Shown: positions 8,320-18,804 of the stretch, in pieces
How the letters are laid out: each line of letters starts with the position of its first letter
How positions within the stretch are numbered: the first letter of the stretch is position 1
Assembly: GCA_964421815.1 (NCBI GenBank)
Contig: CAYQYT010000002.1
Coordinates: 33,396-97,395, forward strand
DNA: 64,000 nt
DNA from: an uncultured Eubacteriales bacterium
Lineage (GTDB): Bacteria > Bacillota > Clostridia > Oscillospirales > Acutalibacteraceae
Direction of reading: 5' to 3'
Notes under the pieces: model-generated
Seen by the model: only the letters and a program-made list of their open reading frames with translations
The model's database searches: none
What the model was told of the DNA's origin: nothing
Position numbers and translations under genes: made by a program

Positions 8320-10554
8320 TTATTTTACAGGTTTTAGCCAAAGTTCACACAACTTAAAGCCGTCAATGTCCTCTTTTATTTCCAACTCCAATGTGCCGTT
8401 TATGAATAAATTTTTCGGCAAAGTGTATTCGGCACTTTCAAAACCTTCTGCCAGCATTTCTCTGTCAAAGGCAGGATCTTTTTTACCTCCGTACTGTTTG
8501 CCGTCATAAACCGTTACACCGTTGGCAATTACGCGGTGATGTTCTATTTGGGGGTTGATATCGGTTTTATAAGCAATTTTCAATGTGTAATCCATGTCGG
8601 CTTTGAATCCGCCAAACAGAGCCTTGAAAGAAAAATGGTCATAAACCTTTGTCATTGACATGGGCATGGAAAGTTCCTTTGCAATGGGTTTGTCTGCATA
8701 AACATCCATGTAGAACTCACCGCTCTGGCATGTGCCCAGGGTGTTAAGACCGTGGAGGGCAACGGAGAAATATATTTCACCATTATTACAACTTCTGCAA
8801 GAAATAAGGCGATCGATGAAGGCATTTTTTTCGTTCTCATTAAGAGTGAGAGCATATTCGATTTTTTTTATCAGAAATGCTTTGTCGGTTACGTTGTTAT
8901 CTATGGTTTCTAATACAGCACCCCTCTCCCAACTGTCCGCACAATAGTGTTCAACATCAAGCTGTAAACCGATAAGTTCAAAAAGTTTTTCCGCCAATGT
9001 GCCGATTTCACTTCTTATAAGGGAATACTGAAAATTGAAAGGAGTGTTGAGAATTTCCAAAGCACTTGAAAGTCTGTGGTTTTTAAGTTCTTCCGTAGCA
9101 TCCTTGCATAGTTTTAACTCGAAAACCCGTCTCATTTTAACAAGTTTATCACAGCAAGCGCGGAAATATAACTGTAAAAATCGCCAGTTACCCGAAAGAG
9201 CGGGGTATTCCTTCAGAAGCTCACAAAACATCTTGTAGCACAGATCTATACAGGGATTTTCTTCGGGAGCTCCCTGCCAGTTCTTTTCCAAAAGGAATAT
9301 GCAATCGGTTATTTTTTCTTCATCCGCACCGTACATAAATAACCTGACATAGTCGAGTACGATTTCCCTTAAATCCGTATTACAATCCCATTCCAATGCG
9401 GACCAAACCGCTTTGTTCAGGTCATCATGAACACCCTCCGAATAACTTACGCTTCCTATGGTGTAGGGAGAAAAAATGCGGTGGAGAGTGCGTAACTCTG
9501 TGGGACGGGGGTTTACGCTTTCTCTTGAAAGTGTGGCGGCAAGGGAATAGTGCCAGTCGTCTTGTTGAAAGTTTACGGGGTATTCGCAACGGAGATTGTG
9601 GGTAATATCGGGATAAAATCTCATTGGGTATTTTTCGGGAATACGCTTTCTTAACTCATGAATGGGGAAAGCATGGTTAGGTCCCATAATAACTGCATTG
9701 ATTTCTTCGGGTTCGTTCTGTAATCCCTTGCAGAAAACCTCTCCCCAGTCTTTAATTGAGTGGGGGGCTTGGGCTGATGGTTGTACTTTGCCGTGGGGAT
9801 GGTATTTTTTTAAAATTCTTTCCGTCTTTTTGCATCGTTCCAAGAATTCGTCCGCAGGAAGTTCACCCGGATCACCTCCGGGAGGGAAAACAATATTAAG
9901 TCGGGGCATATCGGCATATAGTTTTTCGCTTTGGGCGAGGGCTTCCTCCTCCGTTTCCCAGGAATTGTTTGCCTGCCAGAGAGAAACATCCAAATCCACG
10001 GTGTCCGCAAGCCTTGATGCCTCTGCCAAAAACTCCTCTTGCTCGTATTTCATAAGTCGGTTTTTGAAATTTCCTTTAGGTCTTGTTCCGTTATGCTCCA
10101 CGGTATTTGACCCGAAAGCCATCATATCAAGGTAATATCTGAAATACTGTTCGTAGTTCCAAGCATCGTAGGTATTAGGCGTAGTGCGGTAGCCAACTTG
10201 ATGTCCGCGTATTTTCTTTTGGGGAGAATACTTTCCGGAAATGTTTTTTATTAGGGTAATTACACCGTTGGAGAATGTGCATTTCCTCAGAAACAGTGAA
10301 TAGCCGAAAATTAACCCCCGAATTGTTTTGGCGGTGATTATGATTTCGCCCTCTGTTTGATTTATTTCAAAGAAATCCTTGTTGTCTATACTGTTGTCGG
10401 TAATAAAGATTATTTTCGGAAAAGCAGGTGCCTTTTCAAAAACGGGCAGGGATTTACCCGTTCTTACTTTTATTTCCTTAGCAAAATATGTAGCCGCTTT
10501 TACGGAATCCTTTCCAACTGCTTCAATATTTAAACTTGTGAAATTGTATTTCAT
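8320..10554 (-). CDS. cytoplasmic hypothetical protein, possibly glycoside-hydrolase-like (GH20/GH67-type N-terminal alpha/beta domain, then barrel-like region)
   Basis: The ORF is trimmed to the ATG at 10554, preceded by GGTGGTG. There is no signal peptide. The N-terminus (AATYFAKEIKVRTGKSLPV...IIFITDNS...GEIIITAKTIRGLIFGYSLFL) resembles the N-domain seen in several GH families. The family was not identified by eye. Confidence 0.35.
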   Translation of the reverse strand: MKYNFTSLNIEAVGKDSVKAATYFAKEIKVRTGKSLPVFEKAPAFPKIIFITDNSIDNKDFFEINQTEGEIIITAKTIRGLIFGYSLFLRKCTFSNGVITLIKNISGKYSPQKKIRGHQVGYRTTPNTYDAWNYEQYFRYYLDMMAFGSNTVEHNGTRPKGNFKNRLMKYEQEEFLAEASRLADTVDLDVSLWQANNSWETEEEALAQSEKLYADMPRLNIVFPPGGDPGELPADEFLERCKKTERILKKYHPHGKVQPSAQAPHSIKDWGEVFCKGLQNEPEEINAVIMGPNHAFPIHELRKRIPEKYPMRFYPDITHNLRCEYPVNFQQDDWHYSLAATLSRESVNPRPTELRTLHRIFSPYTIGSVSYSEGVHDDLNKAVWSALEWDCNTDLREIVLDYVRLFMYGADEEKITDCIFLLEKNWQGAPEENPCIDLCYKMFCELLKEYPALSGNWRFLQLYFRACCDKLVKMRRVFELKLCKDATEELKNHRLSSALEILNTPFNFQYSLIRSEIGTLAEKLFELIGLQLDVEHYCADSWERGAVLETIDNNVTDKAFLIKKIEYALTLNENEKNAFIDRLISCRSCNNGEIYFSVALHGLNTLGTCQSGEFYMDVYADKPIAKELSMPMSMTKVYDHFSFKALFGGFKADMDYTLKIAYKTDINPQIEHHRVIANGVTVYDGKQYGGKKDPAFDREMLAEGFESAEYTLPKNLFINGTLELEIKEDIDGFKLCELWLKPVK

Positions 10555-10711
10555 AAATACACCACCATAAAACTGTATATAAACACATATTATCACAGGT
10601 TTCACAAGCCTTCAAGAGAAAAGTTGTTTTTATAAATTTATATCTGCATACTTGAAATTTTTCCTTTCTGTGATAAAATTAAGAAACTGAATATAATAAG
10701 GTGGTTCTTTT

Positions 10712-11476
10712 ATGAATGCATTTACAGTTAAGTGGTACACAAAGTTTATAACATCCCTTTTAGGCTACACTCCTGAATTGAGGAAAGCCATTAAAATGAA
10801 GAAAACAAAATCCTGGGAAGAATATAAGCCCTTTGTTGATCAAAATGTCAGAGATTGGCTAATTCCTCTGATTGATATGGCGAATGTTAATTTTGTGGTT
10901 AAGGGTAAGGAACTTGTTCCCGAAAACGAACCCATTATTTACACCCCAAACCATGCGGGTATGTTTGATATTCCCGCGGTTTTTCTTAATGCTCCCACAA
11001 TGCCCATGTTTATTGCAAAGAAAGAATTAAGTATGTTCCCGTTTTTAAAACAATGGATGTGGGTGCTTGACTGCGTTTTTGTTGACAGACAAAAGAAAAA
11101 CGGTTCCCGTTCCTCGCTCCACGAAGCCATTGAAATGGTGAAATCCGGCAGAAGTCTTGTGATTTTCCCCGAGGGTACCCGCAGTAAAACAGGCGAACTT
11201 GGCGAATTCAAAGGCGGCGCAATGAAAATTGCAATGGAGAGCGGAGCAAAAGTTGTTCCCGTGCTTATTGAGGGTACGAGAGCAAGACTTGAAGAAACAG
11301 GCAATGTTACTGCAGGTACGGTTTATGTAACATTTTTACCGCCCATTGAAACAAAGGGTCTTGAAAAAGAGGATTTCTTTAAAATGCCCCAACAAATAAG
11401 AGCGATGATACAAAACGAAAGAGATAAGCAGAGAGCAGAAAAAGAAACAGAAACTATAAGTGAGATAGTTGAGTAA
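10712..11476 (+). CDS. plsC: 1-acyl-sn-glycerol-3-phosphate acyltransferase
   Basis: 254 aa with the HX4D motif NHAGMFDIP and the FPEGTRS motif. An RBS AAGGTGG lies upstream. Confidence 0.85.
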   Translation: MNAFTVKWYTKFITSLLGYTPELRKAIKMKKTKSWEEYKPFVDQNVRDWLIPLIDMANVNFVVKGKELVPENEPIIYTPNHAGMFDIPAVFLNAPTMPMFIAKKELSMFPFLKQWMWVLDCVFVDRQKKNGSRSSLHEAIEMVKSGRSLVIFPEGTRSKTGELGEFKGGAMKIAMESGAKVVPVLIEGTRARLEETGNVTAGTVYVTFLPPIETKGLEKEDFFKMPQQIRAMIQNERDKQRAEKETETISEIVE

Positions 11477-11618
11477 TCATAAGGTAATCATAGATAGTCA
11501 ACGGGGATGTAGAAGTGAAAGCTTTTACATCCCTTTCGGTATATTTGACAGATTGTAAACATTGTGATATAATTTTCCTCGTTTTAGATTACAAATTGTA
11601 ACTTTTAGGAGAGGGAAT

Positions 11619-12977
11619 ATGACAAAACGGTTACTTTCTTTTGTCTTTGCGTTTATTTTTGCCTTGGGAGTTATACCCTTTGCAAGTGTAAACTCCGTGG
11701 CTGCTAAAATGGAAATATACAGTAGTTCCAAAGCTCTTAAATATGCACAAAAAAACTGGAATAACGGCATTGGCTTGTGTGCGGATTTCGTTTCGAAATG
11801 TTTGCAAGCGGGTGATGTTGATGTATATAGCGATACGGTGAAAAAACTGTATAACAGTCTTAAAGATACATACGGTAAAGCATATAAATTGAAACTCACA
11901 AACGGCAAAAGCGGAAAAATCAGTATGTCTGAAAATTCCGGTAAAATCAAAAAAGGCGACCCGATTTTTTACAAATGTAATTATTGCGGCGACTTTGAAC
12001 ATGTAGTTCTTTGTAACGGTGAAAATAACGACGGTTATTCCGTGGACTATGCACACAACAACGCTCATAACGGTCAAAAAATAACCTATACATACAGGCA
12101 TTGCGGTGGAGAAAGTTGGACTTTGTATTCCGTAAGAATGTATGAAGTTCCTAAACTTTACGGCAAAAAGACCAATGTGGGAGTTCCTAAAATTTCCTCT
12201 GTGGCAAACGGTGCGGATGGTATTGTTATTAAGTGGAGTTCGGTAAAGAATGCGGATAAATACAGGCTTTACCGCAAAACTTCCGATTCATCATGGGAAA
12301 GACTTTTAACAACAAAATCAAAGAGTTATACCGATAGCACCGCAAAAAACGGTGTTACTTATACATATATGGTCAGAGCCGTTGACGGCAAAGTAACAAG
12401 CCAGTACTACGCAGGGGAGAAAATCAAGTGCCTGGCGGCACCCACGCTTTCTTCAATAAAGAATAATAGTTCCGGAGTTAAACTCACTTGGAAAAAAGTA
12501 TCCTCCGCAGACGGTTACTATGTATATAGAAAAGGGAACTCAGGTTCATGGAAACGGATTGCAACTGTCAAGGGCGGAAAAAAACTCACCTACACGGATA
12601 CAGGAGTTAATTGCTCCGAAACATATAAATATACTGTCAGAGCATACGACGGAAAGGTTAAGGGCTGTTACAATAACAGCGGTATTGAAACAATTTTTCT
12701 TACATCACCAAAGGGATTTACCGCAAAAAGCGGCGAAACAGGTATTGTTTTGACTTTCAAAGATGTGGATGGGGCGAAGGGCTATTATATTTACCGTAAA
12801 ACCGCCGACAGCGATTGGGAAAGAATCTCCAAAGTTACGGGCGGTGACACAACTTCCTTTGTTGACATTGATGTGGAAGACGGAGTAACCTACCAATACA
12901 GCGTAAGGTCATATAACGGCAAGTATTACAGTGCATTCAATTCAAACGGCGTTTCTTGCAAATATAACAAAATATAA
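11619..12977 (+). CDS. secreted protein: papain-fold amidase-like N-domain (Cys/His) plus four Fn3-like repeats
   Basis: 452 aa with a signal peptide. The N-domain has GLCADFVSKCLQAG and FEHVVLCNG. There are four repeats of about 70 aa of the form G(V/I).L.WKKV..ADGY.(V/L)YRK....W.R(I/L). Confidence 0.6.
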   Translation: MTKRLLSFVFAFIFALGVIPFASVNSVAAKMEIYSSSKALKYAQKNWNNGIGLCADFVSKCLQAGDVDVYSDTVKKLYNSLKDTYGKAYKLKLTNGKSGKISMSENSGKIKKGDPIFYKCNYCGDFEHVVLCNGENNDGYSVDYAHNNAHNGQKITYTYRHCGGESWTLYSVRMYEVPKLYGKKTNVGVPKISSVANGADGIVIKWSSVKNADKYRLYRKTSDSSWERLLTTKSKSYTDSTAKNGVTYTYMVRAVDGKVTSQYYAGEKIKCLAAPTLSSIKNNSSGVKLTWKKVSSADGYYVYRKGNSGSWKRIATVKGGKKLTYTDTGVNCSETYKYTVRAYDGKVKGCYNNSGIETIFLTSPKGFTAKSGETGIVLTFKDVDGAKGYYIYRKTADSDWERISKVTGGDTTSFVDIDVEDGVTYQYSVRSYNGKYYSAFNSNGVSCKYNKI

Positions 12978-12980
12978 ATA

Positions 12981-13022
12981 CAACGGACGGAAAACATACG
13001 GTTTCCCGTCCGTTGTTTATTA
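12981..13022 (+). terminator. intrinsic terminator
   Basis: CAACGGACGGAAAAC-atac-GGTTTCCCGTCCGTTG followed by TTTATT. Confidence 0.7.
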
Positions 13023-13062
13023 GTGACTCGGTTTATCCGTTCTACGCATTTTCCAAGTTCCT

Positions 13063-13503
13063 TTATTTGAATTCCCATTTAAAGAGCAATATTCCACCTA
13101 TGGATATTATAACTCCCACAAGTTTTTGCCATTGAAAATCCACCTTTTCCACACCAAAAAGTCCGAAAAGTTCAATCAAGTATGCAACAAGAAGTTGGGC
13201 GGTTACTATTATCATAACCGCTTGGGCGGGGCCAAGCCCCGACATACTGCGTATAACGGTGTAGGTTATCAAAGCACCTATGATACCGCCCAAGAGCATA
13301 TATTTGTTTTCTATTTTGAAAAGAGCTCCCACGGAGCTTTCACGGCCTGTAAAAAACCAGGCGGCAACGCAGAACAGGAAAGCGGTGAATTGTACAAAGG
13401 CGGCGGACATCCATATGGATGTCTGCTTTGTTACGCCCTCATTGAACACCCCTTGAATACTCATCAGCGCACCTGAAATAACCGCAGTAATAACAGCAAG
13501 CAT
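13063..13503 (-). CDS. DMT-superfamily small transporter (YdcZ/DUF606-like)
   Basis: 146 aa with 4-5 hydrophobic helices. The N-terminus AVISGALMSIQGVFN is typical of the family. Confidence 0.65.
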   Translation of the reverse strand: MLAVITAVISGALMSIQGVFNEGVTKQTSIWMSAAFVQFTAFLFCVAAWFFTGRESSVGALFKIENKYMLLGGIIGALITYTVIRSMSGLGPAQAVMIIVTAQLLVAYLIELFGLFGVEKVDFQWQKLVGVIISIGGILLFKWEFK

Positions 13504-13621
13504 AAAAAACTCCCTAAAGTGATTTTGGGATTATTTTTTGTAAAAACTCATTTTTTATACCAATTTGATGTAATTTTAATAATTTTTTTTACAAGTTCTT
13601 TACAATTATACAATTAAAGAA

Positions 13622-13650
13622 TTGTAAAAATAAATATAATGTGATATAAT
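13622..13650 (+). promoter_or_regulatory. sigma-A-type promoter with extended -10 for the 1675-aa surface protein gene
   Basis: TTGTAA, 17 nt, TGaTATAAT. The 9-bp inverted repeat TTTACAATT/AATTGTAAA (13599-13628) overlaps the -35 element. Confidence 0.5.
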
Positions 13651-13683
13651 TTACGTAACTTTTCACAAAAACGAGGTGCTAAA

Positions 13684-16600
13684 ATGAAAAAATTCATAAG
13701 TGTTATACTTGCCGCTGCATTGATAATTACATATATCCCGGTTATCTCTGTGTTTGCGGATAGTGTTGTGGAAATATTCGATGACAGCGGTGTTCAGATT
13801 ACCGATAAAATATATATCACCGAATATCGCAGTGAGCAGTTGTCGGCACTCACTCCCACAACAAACGAGGACAGTACGGTCAGCGGTACGGAAATTGATA
13901 CTTCCGACGGAAAGTATGTGACTTGGGAAAGTAATCTTCCCTTGCTTGCAGATGTTGACGATACCGGTAAGGTTACCGCATACGATTTCTCAAAACGTGC
14001 AATAATCCAACTTTGGATCGATGAAAATATTATGTCAATTCCCCTTGTGGGCGAGGCAACCGCAAAAGCCATTTGGAATGCCATTGATTCCTCGGGAATT
14101 GATGTGGATAATGCGGATACGGATACCATTGTGGCAATTGTGTCCGCAATTGCAGGGGAACAGTTAGGTGAATCCCTGCGTACATACCTTGACAATATGA
14201 ATGTTGTTGTTACGGCAACACTCTATGATGTGGATGGTAATGTTCTCGGAAGTGACAGCGTAGAGATTGTGGTGGAAAAAAGTTTAATAGCATCGGTTGC
14301 ACCCACAGGCGTGCATATTACTAATAAAAAGACTGTACCCACCCTTGTTGCAGTGGGAGCACAGGTTCAACTTTACGGCGCCTGTACACCCGTAAGACTC
14401 GGTCAGGGTATAAAATGGTCAGTGGGTAAAAATGCATTTGACACAAGTGCATCCAATTATGCAAGCGTCAGCAGTGACGGACTTGTTACATTCCTGGCAG
14501 CAGGGCAAGTTACAGTCCGCGTTAACCCCGAAAGTACCGCATACGCAACTTTTTCGGACACAATTACTTTTACAGTTGTTGAGCAATCCGAATTACCTGT
14601 TGAATGTTTTGATATTGTGGGTTCAACATCCGTGGCAGAGGGAGAAACAATTCAACTTAGTATAGATAATGTTGTTCCCGAGGGTGCATATAGGGGAGAT
14701 CTTGCTTGGAGCACTGCAGACCCCACCATTGCGGTTATTGATGAAACCGGTATCGTAACGGGTCTTAACGGCGGTGACGGTTTAACTTACTCAAAAACGG
14801 TTGCTATTACCGCAAGTATGGGCGGTGTGCAAAAAAATGTTGATATTAAGGTAACAAGGCCCATTGTTTCCGCACTCACTTCTGTTGAGATTGAGGGAAA
14901 TACAGTTCTGGGCTTAGGTGTTACGGAAACTTATACATCCCGCGTTTCTCCCGACAGACTTAATAACAGTTCAAGCGTTAATCGTGAATGGGGCGTATAT
15001 GACAATGACACGGGAACGGTAATTTACGCAACCTCCGGCTCACCGGTAACCGACGGAATTATAAGTGTTGATTATCAAGGTAATGTTACAGCGGCTTCGG
15101 CAGGTGTGGGAAGGCTTTATGCAAAAGCCACCTACGGCTCGGGAAGTGTTGAAACAAGTATGGAAATTGTCTGCGGAAATGCTGTTACCGATTTTGAAAT
15201 TACCGGAAAAACTACGGTCAATGAGGGTTCAACCACCACACTTTCCGTAAATGTATTGGCACCGGATGATTATGAAGAAAGTTTGCTTAATACGATTAAA
15301 TGGAGCGTGGAGGATGATTCCATTGCCTCGGTTTCCGCTGACGGCGTTGTGCTGGGACGTGACGCAGGCGGAAGAAACTCGTCAAAATCCACTACGGTTT
15401 ATGCAACAATTTCAGGTGTTACGAGAAGTGCAACGGTTACTGTAAAAAGGGGACTTTTGGCACTTTCAAAGTTCACCGACGGTCAGGTGGAGGGCGATGA
15501 TTATGTTATTCGTGATATTCCAAACAGCTTCACAATGAAAACCTACCCTGCGGAACTTACTCAGTCCGAGGTGCGTTGGGGACTTATAAAGGATGACGGA
15601 AGTGAGCCTTGGAGTATTACGGCAAATACTGTTAGAAATGTTAATCTTGAAAATGAGTTTGCTTCAGTTACCGACGACGGAATTGTCACGGGCAAAAAGA
15701 CGGGAACGACAACACTTTACGGCTTCAGCAGATATTTACTCCAGAGCCATATTGTCAGAACAAAGGAAATTGAAATTATCGAGATAATTCCCGACAGTAT
15801 CACATTGAAAGCACCTGATAAGCTTGAGTATGTTGAGGGTGAAACAGAACTTGATTTGACGGGCATGGAGGTTTATCTTAATTATAAAAAAGAATCCCTT
15901 GAACCGTATTATTCGAACTGGGAAAGCTATACGGATGAATCTCTCAGATGCAGTGTTACTGACTATACCGTAAGCAGAATCAATACTAAAATTCTTGATG
16001 CCCCGCAGTATATTATTGTTTCTGTGGAAAGAGCGGGCGAGACCTTTAATGCGGTATTTACCATTACCCTTAATTCAAAACAGGTTGATACCATCACAAT
16101 TACCCCACCTTCAAAAACAGTATATGTAGAAGGCGAAAAATTCGATTCAACGGGACTTAAAGTTATTGCGAACTATCTCAACGCCGAGAGTGAAGAGGTT
16201 ACGGATTATGAAATAGACGAAGATTCATTCTCCATGGAAACCTACGATGTTGAACAGAATGTAAGAGTGGTTTATGAACATGTTGACAGAAGCGCAGAAG
16301 CCACGTTCCCGATTATTGTATATGGTAAACCCGTCATCTCGGTTAGTGCAGATGGTGTATTGGGTGAATGGACCGCGGAAGATGTTGTCCTGAATCTTGA
16401 CAGCACCCACCAGCTTGACGGTGCAACATATTATTGGCGGGAAAACGATAGCGAGGTTTGGACCCAAATTGAAGGCAGTGTTCTTACATTTGATTCGAGC
16501 TATGACGGCATTATATATATAAAAGCCGTAAACAGTCAGGGTTATGAAAGTGACGAAAGCGAGCCTATTACAATAAAAATTGATAAAGCTTACCCCGGAT

Positions 16601-18711
16601 TTACTTTAAACCAAGGTGTAACCTCCGTTACTAACAAGGGTTATGCCGTCGGTATTAAAAATTTGACTTGCGGTATTTCGGGAATTAAATCAATCACCTT
16701 GAACGGTGAGGAATTAGGTGTCGATTCAAGGGCATTTGTAGTTTCCGTAAACGGCGATTATACGGTTAAAGTTACGGCAAATAACGGGCTTTCAACAAGC
16801 GTGACTTTAAATGTCAATAATATTGATAAGGAAGCCCCGGGTATAACCAATATAGAACTTATTCAGGAGCCCGCCGATGCTCCCGAAAGGCATCTTGAGG
16901 GTGAATTCGGCAATTATTACAGCGGCAATCTTGTAGCTGTTGCAACTGCCGAGGATAGCGGTGTTGCAGGTGTTGATTATATAAAATACAGACTTGTTTC
17001 CGCGGATTATACCCCCTTGACATCCTGGGTAGTTATTACGGAGGAAACCCGGGCAGTTTGCGAAAGCAATATGAAAGGCTATTTTGAGTTCGTGGCGGTT
17101 GACAAGGTGGGAAACACATCTTCATCCTATTATTCCGACGGATTTGTACACGACAGTGTCAAACCGGTTATAACAACCATCAATGCCATTTGCGGTGAAG
17201 ATGGGAAGAAGGAATATGAAAGCGGTGAATGGGCGGATGATATGGTTTTCATGTGCCCCCAAGCAGACTCATTCTCGGGAATTTATCAGTATTATTACAA
17301 TATTGACGGAGGCGAGTGGACAAAACTTACAACGGATACTATCCGTGCGAAAGATGACGGAGCATACTGCTATGGTTTCAAGGCTGTTTCCTATTCCGGT
17401 CTTGAAAGTGAAGTCTATGAGTTTGATGTAAATATTGACAGAACCGTTCCCAATGTAAGGGTTGATTTTGAGGGAGTGTCTGGACAATGGACAAAGGACA
17501 ATGTAACTTTCACCCTCAGCACCCTTGTGGATTGTGTGTCGGGATGTGAATATTATTACAATGACGGCACCGGTTGGCATAGGATTGACGGCAATGTGCT
17601 TGTTCTTGATAAAAGTACAAATGCCAACTACACTTTTAAGGCTGTTAACGGCGCGGGACTTGAAAGCGCACCGTCAAACTCCTATAAAATTATGATAGAT
17701 AACATTCAACCCACCGCCCAAATTATTTACGGAGTAACGGAAAAAACGGATGCACCTTACGATATTGCAATAGTTCCCGTTGTGGGAGAATCCGGATACC
17801 TTAAAATATATTTTAACGGTGAGGATGTTACGGAGACTCTTAAAGCTACTGTAAGCAAAAACGGAAGTTATGCGTTGACCGTAATCGGTAACAATATGCT
17901 TTCAAGTACGGTTATGGTTGATATAACAAATTTCAGCACTATTCCTACTTCAAACTTCACATTTGCAAAAATGGACTCCGATTCCCTGACGGTTACAGCA
18001 TACAATGGCTCTGCCGCCAATGTAACGGTGCCCATGGAAAAAGACAGCGTGGAGGTTAAAGCCCTTTCAGATAATGCATTCCTCAATAAAAGCGGAGTTT
18101 CTTCGGTTAATATTCCCAATACTGTTGAAACAATCGGTGACAAGTGTTTTGCAGGCTGTGAAAAGTTGAACAAGATAATTATTCCCGAATCGGTAACGAC
18201 AATTTCCGAAAATGCCTTTGACGATTGCGAAAATGTTACCATATATTGCTATGAGGGGTCATATGCGCAAAGTTTTGCAGAAACTAAAGGAATACCCTAT
18301 GTGCTTCTTGATCTCATTCCTGTGGGCAAAACGGTTATAAATGAAGAGGCGGGAATTATATTCTCACAGCAAGCCTCAAAAACTAATGTTGAAGACATAG
18401 TCAAGGCGGATTCAAGTTATACTGTAATGGCTATTCCGTCGATTGTGAGAGCGGATAGTAATTATTACGGAACAGGCTCTGTGATATATTTCTTCAGAAA
18501 AGGCACTCTCGTATATACATACAATGTTGTAATTTACGGTGATGTAAACGGAGACAGTGTTGTTAATGTTGTTGATGCGTCGATTACCCAGATGGCATCA
18601 GTGAACAAAACAACCCTTGAAGATTTCTATTTACTTGCGGCTGATTTTGAAAGTAACGGAGAGGTCGGTGCGGCTGATTATCAACAAGTTCTGAATCTCG
18701 CATTAAGATAA
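13684..18711 (+). CDS. large surface protein: signal peptide, multiple Big_2-type Ig-like domains, other Ig/Fn3-like modules, BspA-type leucine-rich repeats, C-terminal dockerin
   Basis: 1675 aa. Repeated motifs of the type ...W.S.D..IA.V...G.VT....G.. are present. The LRR segment is NIPNTVETIGDKCFAGCEKLNKIIIPESVTTISENAFDDCENVTIYCYEGS. The dockerin is GDVNGDSVVNVVDASITQ...ADFESNGEVGAADYQQVLNLAL. Confidence 0.8.
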   Translation: MKKFISVILAAALIITYIPVISVFADSVVEIFDDSGVQITDKIYITEYRSEQLSALTPTTNEDSTVSGTEIDTSDGKYVTWESNLPLLADVDDTGKVTAYDFSKRAIIQLWIDENIMSIPLVGEATAKAIWNAIDSSGIDVDNADTDTIVAIVSAIAGEQLGESLRTYLDNMNVVVTATLYDVDGNVLGSDSVEIVVEKSLIASVAPTGVHITNKKTVPTLVAVGAQVQLYGACTPVRLGQGIKWSVGKNAFDTSASNYASVSSDGLVTFLAAGQVTVRVNPESTAYATFSDTITFTVVEQSELPVECFDIVGSTSVAEGETIQLSIDNVVPEGAYRGDLAWSTADPTIAVIDETGIVTGLNGGDGLTYSKTVAITASMGGVQKNVDIKVTRPIVSALTSVEIEGNTVLGLGVTETYTSRVSPDRLNNSSSVNREWGVYDNDTGTVIYATSGSPVTDGIISVDYQGNVTAASAGVGRLYAKATYGSGSVETSMEIVCGNAVTDFEITGKTTVNEGSTTTLSVNVLAPDDYEESLLNTIKWSVEDDSIASVSADGVVLGRDAGGRNSSKSTTVYATISGVTRSATVTVKRGLLALSKFTDGQVEGDDYVIRDIPNSFTMKTYPAELTQSEVRWGLIKDDGSEPWSITANTVRNVNLENEFASVTDDGIVTGKKTGTTTLYGFSRYLLQSHIVRTKEIEIIEIIPDSITLKAPDKLEYVEGETELDLTGMEVYLNYKKESLEPYYSNWESYTDESLRCSVTDYTVSRINTKILDAPQYIIVSVERAGETFNAVFTITLNSKQVDTITITPPSKTVYVEGEKFDSTGLKVIANYLNAESEEVTDYEIDEDSFSMETYDVEQNVRVVYEHVDRSAEATFPIIVYGKPVISVSADGVLGEWTAEDVVLNLDSTHQLDGATYYWRENDSEVWTQIEGSVLTFDSSYDGIIYIKAVNSQGYESDESEPITIKIDKAYPGFTLNQGVTSVTNKGYAVGIKNLTCGISGIKSITLNGEELGVDSRAFVVSVNGDYTVKVTANNGLSTSVTLNVNNIDKEAPGITNIELIQEPADAPERHLEGEFGNYYSGNLVAVATAEDSGVAGVDYIKYRLVSADYTPLTSWVVITEETRAVCESNMKGYFEFVAVDKVGNTSSSYYSDGFVHDSVKPVITTINAICGEDGKKEYESGEWADDMVFMCPQADSFSGIYQYYYNIDGGEWTKLTTDTIRAKDDGAYCYGFKAVSYSGLESEVYEFDVNIDRTVPNVRVDFEGVSGQWTKDNVTFTLSTLVDCVSGCEYYYNDGTGWHRIDGNVLVLDKSTNANYTFKAVNGAGLESAPSNSYKIMIDNIQPTAQIIYGVTEKTDAPYDIAIVPVVGESGYLKIYFNGEDVTETLKATVSKNGSYALTVIGNNMLSSTVMVDITNFSTIPTSNFTFAKMDSDSLTVTAYNGSAANVTVPMEKDSVEVKALSDNAFLNKSGVSSVNIPNTVETIGDKCFAGCEKLNKIIIPESVTTISENAFDDCENVTIYCYEGSYAQSFAETKGIPYVLLDLIPVGKTVINEEAGIIFSQQASKTNVEDIVKADSSYTVMAIPSIVRADSNYYGTGSVIYFFRKGTLVYTYNVVIYGDVNGDSVVNVVDASITQMASVNKTTLEDFYLLAADFESNGEVGAADYQQVLNLALR

Positions 18712-18712
18712 A

Positions 18713-18757
18713 AAATAGGATGTAAAAAACGAAAGTTTTTTACATCCTATTTTTTAT
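18713..18757. terminator. bidirectional intrinsic terminator
   Basis: ATAGGATGTAAAAAAC-gaaa-GTTTTTTACATCCTAT is flanked by A and T runs, between convergent genes. Confidence 0.8.
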
Positions 18758-18804
18758 TACGAGGAAAATGTGTAGCACGGACGAAGGATAACACTTTAGT
18801 TTTG

